A stretch of 64,000 nucleotides of DNA from Mobula hypostoma (Eukaryota): positions 45,570,001 through 45,634,000 of the forward strand of contig NC_086104.1 in the NCBI RefSeq assembly GCF_963921235.1. The letters are read 5' to 3'. Positions within the stretch are counted from its first letter, which is position 1. The number at the start of each line of letters is the position of its first letter. The notes under the pieces were generated by a model that did not search any database, was not told where the DNA came from, and saw only the letters and a program-made list of their open reading frames with translations. Shown piece by piece: positions 35,599-47,010 of this stretch. The translations under genes were made by a program, and so were the position numbers.

Positions 35599-36712
35599 AT
35601 AAAACTTTGCATTAGTTACTAATATTTAGCAATGGAGGAACTCATCTAGTATACACTGCAGTGTTCTTTTGAATGGCTAAATGAACAAACTCAGCACAGA
35701 CACCTGAAAAATAAGACCATAAGATATAGAAGCAGAATTAAGCCATTTGACCCATTGGGATGCTCTGCTATTTCATCAATTTTCCTCTCAGCTCCAATCT
35801 CATGCATTCTCCCTGTATATCTTCATGTCCTGACCAATCAAGAATCTATCAACCTCTGTCTTAAATATACATAAAGACTTGGCTTCCACGTCTGCCGGTG
35901 GCAAAGAATTCCACAGTTTTACCACCCTCTGGCTAAAGAAATTCCTCATCTCCATTCTAAAAAGACACCTCTCTATTCTGAGGTTGTGTCCTCCGGTCTT
36001 AGATTCTTCCATCATAGGAAACATCCTCTCCACATCCACTCTATCCACTTCATCATTTGATAGTTTTCAATCAGGTCACCCCTCATTGTTCTGAATTCTA
36101 GTGAATACATTTCCAGAACCATCAAACATTTTTCATATGACAAGCTATTCAATCCCAGAATTATTTTTGTGAACCTCCTTTGAACGCACTCCAGTTTCAG
36201 CACATCCTTTCTAAGATAAGGATTCCAAAACTGCTCACAATACTCCAGCCGAGGCCTCACAAGTGCTTTATGAAGTCTCAACATTACTTCCTTGCTTTTA
36301 TATTCTAGTTCTCTTGAAATGAATGCTAACATTATATTTGCTTTCTTCATCACAGCAGACTCAACTTGCAAATTAGCCTTTATGGAATCCTGCACCAGGA
36401 CTCCCAAGTCCCTTTCCACCTCAGTTTTTTGTACTTTCTCTCCATTTAGAAAATTCAACCCTTTCATTTTTTTCTGCCAAAGTGCATGAACATACACTTC
36501 CTGACATTGTATTCCATCTACCCATTCTTGGCTATTTTCCAAATCTGGCTAAGTCTTTCTATTGCACCTTGTCTTCCTCAAAACTAACTTCTCCTCCACC
36601 TATCTTCATGATGTCTGCAAACTTTGCCACAAAGTCATCAATTCCATCATCCAAATCATTGACATATAATGTAAAAAGAATTGGTCCCAACACAGACTCT
36701 TGTGAAACACCA

Positions 36713-37280
36713 GCAACACACATCAAAGTTGCTGGTGAACGCAGCAGGCCAGGCAGCATCTCTAGGAAGAGGTACAGTCGACGTTTCGGGCCGAGACCCT
36801 TCATCAGGACTAACTGAAGGAAGAGCTAGTAAGAGATTTGAAAGTGGGAGGGGGAGGGGGAGATCCAAAATGATAGGAGACGACAGGAGGGGGAGGGATG
36901 GAGCCAAGAGCTGGACAGGTGATTGGCAAAACGGATATGAGCGGATCATGGGACAGGAGGCCCAGGGAGAAGGAAAAAGGGGAGGGGGGAAACATCTCAG
37001 AGGATGGGCAAGGGGCATAGTCAGAGGGACAGAGGGAGAAAAATGAGAGAGAGAGAAAGAATGTGTGTATGTAAATAAATAATGGATGGGGTACGAGGGA
37101 GAGATGGAGCATTAGCGGAAGTTTGAGAAGTCAATGTTCATGCCACCAGGTTGGAAGCTACCCAGACGGAATATAAGGTGTTGTTCCTCTAACCTGAGTG
37201 TGGCTTCATCTTTACAGTAGAGGAGGCCGTGGATAGACATATCAGAATGGGATGTGGAATTAAAATTTAATTTAAAATTA
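36713..37280 (-). mobile_element. PLE 3' fragment with intact hammerhead motif, inserted in CR1
   Basis: Nearly identical to 48840-49382; 8-bp TSD aaacacca (36705-36712, 37281-37288). Confidence 0.93.
36776..36811 (-). ncRNA. Minimal type I hammerhead ribozyme motif
   Basis: agtc-CTGATGA-a-gggt ctcg gccc-GAAA-cgtc-gact. Confidence 0.8.
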
Positions 37281-38199
37281 AAACACCACTAGTCACCACT
37301 GTTCAACCAGAAAAGGCTCCCTTTATTCTATTCTTTGTCTCCTGCCAATCAGCCACCACCTTATCTATGATAGAATCTTCCCTGTAATACTATAGGTTTG
37401 TAGCTTGTTAAGAAGTCTCATGTGTGGCACCTTGTCAAAGGCCTTTTGAAAATCCAAGTACACAACGTTAACCAATTCTCCTTTCTCTATCCTGCTTGTT
37501 ACTTCTTCAAAGAATGTCAACGGATCTGTCAGGCAAGATTTTCCCTTGAGGAAACCATGCTGATTATGACCTATCATGTATCTCCAAGTACCCTGAGACC
37601 TCATCCTTAATAATTGCCTCCAACATCTTCCCAACAGCTGAGGTCAGACTAACTGGTGAATAGCTTCCTTTCTTCTATCTCTCTCCCTTCTTGAAGAGTG
37701 GTGTGGCATTTGCAATTTTCCAGTCTTTTGGAATCATTCCAGAATCTAGTGATTCTTGGAAGATCATTACTAATGTCTCCACAATCTCTTCAGCCACCTC
37801 TTTCAAAACCCTGGGATTTATACCAGCTGGTCTAGGTGACTTATCTGTCTTCAGACCTTTCAGATTCCCAAGAACCTTCTCTCTAGTTATGATAACTTCA
37901 CACACTTCATGACCCCTGACACCTAGACCTTCCACCATACTGCCAGTGTCTTTCACAGTGCAGACTGACAGAAGATACTTAATTCAGTTTGTCCGCCATT
38001 TCGTTGTTCCCCATTACAACCTCTCCAGCATATTTTTCTAGCAGTACAATATCCATTCTTGCCTCTGTATTACACTTTATGTATCTGAAAAAACATTTGG
38101 TATCCTCCTTAATATTATTGGCCAGCTCACTTTTGTATAATGGACTACTTTCATACAATACTTTTGACAATTGTATCCTCCAAATTTTCATTTTCTTTG

Positions 38200-38696
38200 T
38201 AACATTCAAGATGTTAAAATACCTTTAAATTCTCTATAGTTTCTAACTTGTTGACGCAGTGAAATTGTTTCAATTTTCCTCCTGGCCATGTTTGGCATCT
38301 CCAAGCCTGAATACTTGAAACCGTAGTGAGCAAAACAGTTCTGAATTTTCTAATTGCTTATTTTGCGCCAACTATCAGTGCCAAAATTGACTGCTTTTTG
38401 AATACAAACACGCACTTGACACAGTTTAAAACTCAAACAAAGGAAAACCTGCAGATGCTGGAAACTCAGTTTGCTCTGAGTATGTTGTAGTTTCTAACAG
38501 CCTCAAAAGTGCACGCAATTGACACTGGTTAGAAACAGTTTGGTAGCATTCTCTTGTCCCAATTAGGCCACATAGAGCCCTAAATAAGCAAAGGGAATCC
38601 CAGCTACTTTCTTAATTAGTCTTTGTTCTTTAAGAGTTGTCCCAAATAAGTGGTACCCTGATTAACTAATGGCCCAGTTAACCGGAACCCACTGTA
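38200..38696. mobile_element. Tc1/pogo (Tigger-like) remnant
   Basis: Ends ttaaccggaacccactg+TA with repeated tgtcccaa(a/t)ta subterminal motifs; contains a small PLE piece at about 38435-38470. Confidence 0.45.
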
Positions 38697-39269
38697 TTAT
38701 AAATTTAGAGAACAGTTCAGGCTTTTTAGGAATGGTCCAGGAACATCAAGAAGAATGAAAGAAACACAAGGTGAACTAGAATCAATTCCTCTGTCTTCGA
38801 TTTCTGTGGCAGATGACTGCTCTGTCTGCAGCTCATGTGTATGTCTTTTTATCTTAATGGAATTGCACCTGTGTATTCAAAATCCTTTGTGTTTTAGCAA
38901 TGGTTTGTAACTGTAAAGTCTTTTATTAAAAAGAAATCTTTTGTGAGTACCAAATGTGTTTAATATTGTTGTTTGAATTTAAACATGTACCACTGAAAAT
39001 AAATGAACTGTGTTTAAACTACTTTGTTAGTTGGAAGAATCTCCAACTTTGTTGGGACGGGGGGATCCACCAATCAAATAGTGGGTGTTGACAACTAATC
39101 TCCCTGTGGAGGATCAACAGGAAAGTGAACTAATCTTTGAAGATTGTGTAGTTACAGTATAACCTCTCTTTAGTGAGGGTACTTGTAGCTATTTATATTG
39201 GATAGGGCTTAAGGTCTTTATTTGAATTTAGAACTTTCCGGTCAGCAAAGCCAATACCATTACAAACAA

Positions 39270-40340
39270 AGGCCTTCTGAAAATCCAGATAAATAACTTC
39301 GACTGACTCTCCATTGTCTATCCTGCCTTTGATTTCCTCAAAGAATTACAATAGGTTTCTCAGGTAAGGGAATCATACTGACTTCAGCCTATATCATCAT
39401 GTGCCTCCAAGTACCCCAAAAAATCATTCTTAGTAATAGACTTTAACATCTTGCCAACTGCTGAAATCATGCTAACTGGCATATAATTTCCTTTCTGTTG
39501 CCTCCCTCCCGTCTTAAAGAGTGGAGTGTCATATGCAATTTTCCATTCCTCATTAACCATTCCAGTATATAGTGATTCTTGAAAGATTACTGCTAATGCC
39601 TCCACAATCTCTTCAGCTGCCTGTTTCAGAACCCTGGGCTGTAGTCCATCTGGTCTTAGTGACTTATCTATGTTCAGACCAACCATCTTCTCCTTTGTAA
39701 TACCAACTGCACTCACTTCTGCCCCCAGACACTCTCACATTTCTGGCATATTGCTGTTGTCTTCCACAGTGAAGACTGATGCAAAATACTTAAACATGAG
39801 ATAGTCTGCAGATGCTGTAAATCCAGAGCAATGCACATTTAATGCTGGAAGATCTCAGCAGCCCAGACAACATCTCTGGAAAAGAATAAACAGTTGATGT
39901 TTTGGGCAAATACCCGTCTTCAGGACTGAAGAAGGTCCTGCTGTGCAGAATACTTATAAAGTTTGCTTGCCATTTCTTTGTCCCTCCTTACTATCTCTCT
40001 AGCATCATTTTTTAACAGTTTGATGTCCACTGTTGCCTCTCTTTTACTCTTTATATATCTGATTTTGTATCCTCTATTGGCTACCTTACCTTCACATTTC
40101 ACTTTTTCTCTCTTTGCTTATTTTGTTGCCTTCTGTTGGTTTTTAAATGCTTCCCAATCCTCTAACTTCCTACTAATTCTTGCTATATTATACACCCTCT
40201 CGTTTGCTTTCATGCTGTCTTTGACTTCCATTGTCATGAACGAATACCTCATCCTCTTTTAAAAATATTTCTTCTTTGAGATGTATCTATGCTGTGCCTT
40301 CCGAATTGCTCCCAGAAACTCCATCCATTGCTGTCTGAAA
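39270..40340 (-). mobile_element. CR1 ORF2 fragment (old), interrupted by a PLE insert
   Basis: DKSLRPDGLQPRVLK, EWKIAYDTPLFKTGG. Confidence 0.88.
39793..39943 (-). mobile_element. Short PLE pLTR-derived insertion
   Basis: 13-bp TSD tgcaaaatactta (39780-39792) / tgcagaatactta (39944-39956); degenerate CTGAAGA core. Confidence 0.85.
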
Positions 40341-42211
40341 AGAATTTCACTATCCTACACCAAAATGAGTGACTGGCAAGTCCTGTATATGACTGTATAC
40401 AATGCTGCATGCATTGAAGACACTTACGCATCGCTGTGCAAGTCTGGAGAACTCTTTGCAGAGATCCCTTGGACTTCCAGAGATGATCTCCATTATATAG
40501 TTAGTCGCATCACTAAAGTGGTGGATTTTGGAGGTAGCAGTACAAAGAACAGATTGATTGGTTAGCTAAATGTGTGGACCCAGCTACTGATGGAAAAAAT
40601 GTGTAAACAGATGGGTCTGTCAGATTTCTTAACTGAAGTAGCTAAGAATGAACTAACACTACTGGATAGCAGCATTCCATCATGCGGTGTCAACTTTATA
40701 CCCCAACTGGATTTCTTCCAACTATTCCATGCCTTCCAAGCATTGACAACAAGGATGATTTTGAAATAGAAGGACTAGATTTCATGTTTTTGTATGAGGG
40801 TAGGCTTCATTATGGAAGACAAGCGCATGGATGAAAGAAAAATAGAAGACTATGCTGGAGGGAAGGGTAAGAGAGATCATCGAGTAGGTTAAAAGGTTGG
40901 CCAGCAACATGGCCGAAGAGCTGTACCGTGCTGTAATGTTCTATGTTCTATCTCTTTCTCCCAGTCTCTTGCCTATTTTTTAAAATCAATATATAGAATA
41001 TGGAACAGTAGAGCTCAGGAAAGGTCATTCGGCCCACAGTGCTATGCTGAACTAATTAAATCAGTACCAAATGCCTAGTTAAACCAATTCCTTCTGCCTA
41101 CATTTGATTACCAACCCATTTGTCAGATTGAATAGTTTCTCCCTATTTCATCACAGCTCTTGAATATCACTTTTAGGATTTCTCTTAATTCTCTGGGCAC
41201 TAAAGGGCTAATTCTCGCTTCTGAAGTATATGCACTTATCTAATTTTGTTCTCATCATAAACATTCTTCAGGGCTTTAAAAACCTTCTTAATAGTGCTGT
41301 GCCCAGAAAAGTGCTGTTTATTCACTGAGGCCAGTCAGAATTATAAATCTTTCCATTTTAGCAATGCTGTTTGTAAATCCAAATATCTCTCACAATTTCT
41401 TAACCACTTTTTTAACTTATTTTGCCCTGTTGCCTTCAAAAAATTATGCAAATCCACTGCAAAGCTTACCATGTGCATGAAACTTTTCAAATTGTGCTGT
41501 CCCAATCAAAGGTCATTAAAATACAGTCATTGTTGCACAAATGGAGTGCAATTTCAGGAGGAATTCTCAATACTTTCATTTTGTATTTCAGGTTTGCAGT
41601 GTCTGCAGCATTTTCCTTCTGTGTCATTTAGATTATACTGCCTTGATTCTGTTGATCTTATCAGAATACACATTAAATGCATGTTACGATACATATTAAA
41701 TTATTAAAGGTGTGACACTTTTACAATTAAAGCTGTAACTCATATCATTCAGTAGGGAATGTATGTGTATATATGGTAATCAGAATTTAAAGAAGTACTA
41801 TATAGTTATTGAACATGTTATTATTAGAGTAGCTGTAAACTGACATCTGGTAAAGGTGATACAAAGTATACAAAATTATCCCATTTTATTAAAACACAAA
41901 CAACTGAAAAGGTAACTATTTTTGTGCAAATGTAGAACATTTGGTTTCCTTTTATAAAGCTTTATATTGATTAATATATAAGTAAAAGTTATTCTTTTTG
42001 TCTAATTTAAAATACTACCTGATTTAAATGTGTACATGTTTTAATGTGGAAACGCTTTCACTTGCAGAATCACTATGCTGACACCAGCAGGTATCATTTA
42101 TGCCTTGCATGAACTGCACATTGATGCCTTTGATAATCTGCTGTAATTAAAGCCAACAAACGGCAAATAGGAATATAATTATTTAAATCAAAGTTCACAA
42201 GGTACTGACTG

Positions 42212-42279
42212 ACATTTCTAAATTAACAGAATGAGGATAGAAAATTTAACATTTCTAAATTAATAGACTGAGGATAGAA
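42212..42279. repeat. Local tandem duplication, period 37
   Basis: acatttctaaattaa(c/t)aga(a/c)tgaggatagaa at 42212 and 42249. Confidence 0.85.
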
Positions 42280-42544
42280 GAAATTGGATGAAACTTTCAA
42301 TTTTTTCAAATCGTAAAATCAATTCTTTTGTGCTAAACCAAGGGAAGCTGAAGGGTACCTGAATTTCAATCTAGTTGCACGTCTCAAAATTTATTATTTT
42401 CTGGTTACCTCTTCCCTTGCTCAGTTTCCACCTTTAAGGAGTAGGCATCACCCTACATGCATCCGGAGCATTTGTGAACCCAGTTTAGGCAATATGATCT
42501 CCAGAACTGTTTTATACTGAGTTGCCAGTTTTGAGATATAGAGC

Positions 42545-44000
42545 ATAGAACATAGAAAACCTACAGCACAATACAGGCCCTTCAGCCCACAATGCTGTGC
42601 CGAACATGTACTCACTTGAGAAATTACCTAAGGTTACCCATAGTCCTCTTTTTTTCCAAGCTCCATGTACCTATCCAGGAGTCTCTTAAAACAGTGGTTC
42701 CCAAACTCCGGGCCGCGGACCAATACCAACCTGCGAAGCATGCAGGGATGCAGCGGTAGCCAGAACGCACCCAGCACATCTTTAATAAAAAAGCCGAAAT
42801 AAACAAGCTAATTAATTTGGTGCCGCCCGGCACATGGATGTCGGCCCTCGTGCCGGGCGGCACCAAATTAATTAACTTGTTTATTTCAGCTTTTTTCTTA
42901 AAGGTGTGCTGAGTGCGTTCCGGCTCCCGCTGCACCTCTGCATGCTTCGCGGATCGGTATCGGTCCGCGGCCCGGAGGTTGGGGACCACTGTCTTAAAAG
43001 ACACTATCGTATCTGCCTCCACCACCATCACTGGCAGCACATTCCAGCACTCACCACCCTCTGCATAAAAAACTTAACCCCTGACATTTCCACTGTACCT
43101 ACTTCCAAGCACCTTAAAACTGTGCCGTCTCATGATAGCCATTTCAGCCCTGGGAAAAAGCCTCTGACTATCCACACAATCAATGCTTCTCATCATCTTA
43201 TACACCTCTATCAGGTCACCTCTCATCCTCCGTCGCTCTGAGGAGAAAAGGCCGAGTTCACTCAATCTATTCTCATAAAGCATTCTCCCCAATCCAGGCA
43301 ACATCCTGGTAAATCTCCTCTACACCCTTTCTATGGTTTCCACATCCTTCCTGTAGTGAGGCAACTAGAACTGAGCACAGTACTCCAAGTGGGGTTCGAC
43401 CAGGGTCCTAGATAGCTGTAATATTACCTCTTGGCTCCTAAATACAATCCCACAGTTGATGAAGGCCAATGCACCATATGCCTTCTTAACCACAGAGTCA
43501 ACCTGCACAGCAGTTTTGAGTGTCTGATGGACTCAGACCCCAAGATCCCTCTGATCCTTCACACTCCCAAGAGTCTTACCACTAATACTATATTCTGCCA
43601 TCATATTTGACCTACCAAAATGAACCACCTCACACTGATCTGGGTTGAACTCCATCTGCCACTTCTCAGCCCAGTTTTGCATCCTATCACTGTCCTGCTG
43701 TAACCTCTGACAGCCCTCCACACTGTCCACAACACCCCCAACCTTTGCGTCATCAGAAAATTTACTAACCCATCCCTCCATCCAGGTCATTTATAAAAAT
43801 CACGAAGAGTAGGGGGCCCAGAACAGATCCCTGAGGCACACCACTGGTGACAGACCTACATGCAGAATATGACCCGTCTACAACTACTCTTTGCCTTCTG
43901 TAGGCAAGCCAATTCTGGATCCACAAAGCAAGGTCCCCTTGGATCCCATGCTCCTTGCTTTCTCAATAAGCCTTGCATGGGGTACCTTATCAAATGGCTT
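42545..44000 (-). mobile_element. CR1 3' fragment interrupted by a hAT MITE
   Basis: SKFSDDAKVGG, WAEKWQMEFN, RRMRGDLIEVYK; tail catagaacatagaaaa. Confidence 0.93.
42692..42991. mobile_element. 300-bp fully palindromic hAT MITE
   Basis: TIR cagtggttcccaa / ttggggaccactg; arms of about 140 bp; perfect 8-bp TSD tcttaaaa (42684-42691, 42992-42999). Confidence 0.95.
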
Positions 44001-44639
44001 GCTGATCCAGCTGCTGGCTAATCCAGTGAGTGCGTGTTTAGTTGAAAAATTAACGTTTTTAACTCTGTGGTAAATAGAGCAAGACTGAAGCTAATAACTC
44101 AAGTCCTGATATAGCTTATACTGACTACACCTGAAAGTATGCACAGAAGTCATCTGGACAACTGAGTGGCCAGGCAGTTAGCATAAAGGGGGAAAAAACT
44201 GCAAAAGGAAAGAAAAAATTTGGAACACTGAAATTGGAGCAACAAAAAGTATGTTAGAGATACTCAACAGGCCAGGTAGTATTTGTTGAATATGTAACAG
44301 GGTTAATATTGTATCATGATGATCTTTCATCAGAACATTGTTAGGCAGTTATAAATATTGAGAAATGCAATTTAGTTCATTAAGCAATGGTCTGAGCATG
44401 TCCAGAAGACTCATTTGGTCAAATAATTTTCTTAAATTGATGAAGATGCCATAACTTTCAGAAATTTAAAGGCACTGGTAAAAGAAACTGTGGGCAAAAA
44501 TTGTATTTTTTTTCCTAGTGGAACAGTTTTGCTGCTCGATAAACAATATTTAATCTTCCTGGCTCAGTTTCCATTCCTTATCACTCCCCACCCCCGCACC
44601 TTTTCATGAACCCTATATCCTGTTACTCAAAGGTGATCA

Positions 44640-44945
44640 GAATCAAGTTTATTATTTCATGAAACTTGTTGTTTTGTGACAGCAGCACCGAGAAAAACAT
44701 TAAAATTACTATAAGTTACAAGAATAAATAAATAAATGTAAAGGAAGTGGCGCTCATGGGTTCTTGGACCATTCAGACATCTGATGGAGGAAAGGGAAAC
44801 AGCTTCCCTGGATCATAGAGCGTGGACCTTCAGACTCTTGTACCTGCTCTCCGATGGTAGCAATGAAAAGACAACATGTCCTGGATGCTGAAAGTCCTTC
44901 ATATTTCTCCCTTCTTGAGGCACCGTCTTTTGAAGATGTCCTCGA
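44640..44945 (-). mobile_element. Rex1/L2-like LINE 3' remnant
   Basis: aatcaagtttatta tail and ctgatgg...cagcttccctg motif shared with other Rex1-type ends here. Confidence 0.6.
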
Positions 44946-45924
44946 TTCTTCGTAGAGAGTCAGAATTCAGACTTCAAATGAAATTTATGAGTTTAAATAT
45001 CCTAAGCTTCATTACTGATGACTAACTTTCCTTTGGAGTGGATTAAAGAGACATGGGCAGGTGAAATTTGGGCCAGAATGCCTGGTGCTGATACAAACCT
45101 AAAACCAAGATGAAATCTCCCTGCAGCTCTGTTATTCCTCTGTATCATGCATTTTATGTAGCTTCAAACCAATTTTTTAGATTTGCTTCAATTTTGTTAA
45201 AAACAGCCTTTCCTCAGGGTAAGATGATTTTTGCAGGTGCATAGAAGGATTATAATGAGAAACAGTATTTCAGACATCCAACATATGAGGTAGAGATTTG
45301 CAAGGAAACAATTTGCATGCTAGTTCAGCATAAAGCAATTTCATATTTTTTTCTATTTAAACCCTACAAAGAGGAAATTATCAAATATATTTCTTGTTAC
45401 AGAAAATTTTAAAGTTGTAATAGCCATCAGATGCAAATGATAGGACATGTTGGAGAATGTGCTTTCAATTTATAAAGTACTTAACAACTCCTGCATCCTA
45501 CAGCACTAAATGATATTGCATTTAAACCAGACTTTGTATTTTTAAAAAATGTGTTTTCCCTGTTTCTCATTCCCTGTCTATCGTTCTTTAACTAGGCCTT
45601 ATAGAACCCAGGGAATCTCAGTTCTCACTTTGTTATGGGAAGTGTCTCCTAATGTGGCATAAATAAATTTGGCAATTGCTGCTTTGCTGGTCAATCATTT
45701 GATGAAAACCCACATCTCTTTTTTCTGCAGTAAAGTGAACTGAGGTCACAACTGTGCAATGTTATTCAACTAAACATTGTGTTTGTTCTACGAGGATAAA
45801 TCCCATAGGGACACTTTATTAGAAGACAGATCTCTGGAGATTCAACAAAGTGCAAACTGATTGTCCTTCACTGAAAAATAGCAAGAGATCCTTGGAGCAC
45901 TATATTGGCTAGTTTCCACTGAAT

Positions 45925-46258
45925 CAAATTGAATTGAATTGAATTGACTTTATTTCTTACATCCTTCACATATGTGAGGAGTAAAAATCTTTATGTTACA
46001 TCCCCGTCTAAATGTGCAGTTTATACTAATTTGTACTCAATAATATGTACAACAAGACAGTCAATATAGCATAGAAATACAATTGTATCAGCGTGAATTA
46101 ATTAGTCTGATGGCCCGGTGGAAGAAAGCTGTCCCAGAGCCTGTTAGTCGTGGCTTTTATGCTGCGGTACCATTTCCCGGATGGTAGCAGCTGGAACAGT
46201 TTGTGGCTGAGGTGACGTGGGTCCCCAGTGATCCTTCGGGCCCTTTTCACTTGCCTGT
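45925..46258 (-). mobile_element. Rex1/Babar-like LINE 3' end
   Basis: (attga)n tail; paralog of 5050-5821. Confidence 0.78.
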
Positions 46259-47010
46259 AAGTATATCCAAGCTAATTCATGGATGTACTTCTCTAAAACT
46301 ACTGATCTGAGACACACTAACGTCACTGTATACCCGTAGAGAAAATGGTTATAGCTGACCTTGGAAACACTGCCAAAAAAAGAAAGCAACTTAGTCAATG
46401 GATAGACAGATTATCTGGATAACTCAGTTCAGTAAGTTTAGAAAAGTAGATCCTCCAGTTAGCTTGTACTCTGCCTGCACATAATGAAGCAAAAGCCAGC
46501 TAATGATGTGCAATGTTATACCAACAAGAAATTTCATGCTTGACTTTAAGATGACCTGTCTGCTTATACTCACTCGTGAAATAGCTGTCATTCCAACATG
46601 TTGCAACCTGGGAATATACCTTGGTTCCTGGCTGGGGCCAGACTGAGAGTCCTGGAAATGGAGATGAAAGCCACGTGAGCCAAGCAAGCACCAGGTAATA
46701 TTTTGATGGCTATTCTAAACTGCAGATGTTCATCCATTTAACTGCAGTAAGTCCCATTTCTTTCTGCGTATACTATTGAATCTGGAAATCTGAATCTTGT
46801 TGCGAGATCTGAACCCTAATTGATTTCAACAATGATTGTAGGGCTGAAGATCCAATGACTAAGGAAATAGTGGAGTAAGTTATTTCATTCGATTTATTTT
46901 CATGTTATTAATTATTTGTGATTTTATTTTAATCACTTAAAATTAAATTATTTGATTCAATTTTTATTTTTTCAACTGTTTATGCATGTAATTAAAAATT
47001 GCATGAAAAA

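Larger units (their letters stand above)
35712..38135 (-). mobile_element. CR1 ORF2 fragment interrupted by a PLE
   Basis: ORF-track pieces 35800-36804 and 37365-38209 are colinear CR1 RT; the GVSQESVLGP motif is split at 36713. Confidence 0.92.
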
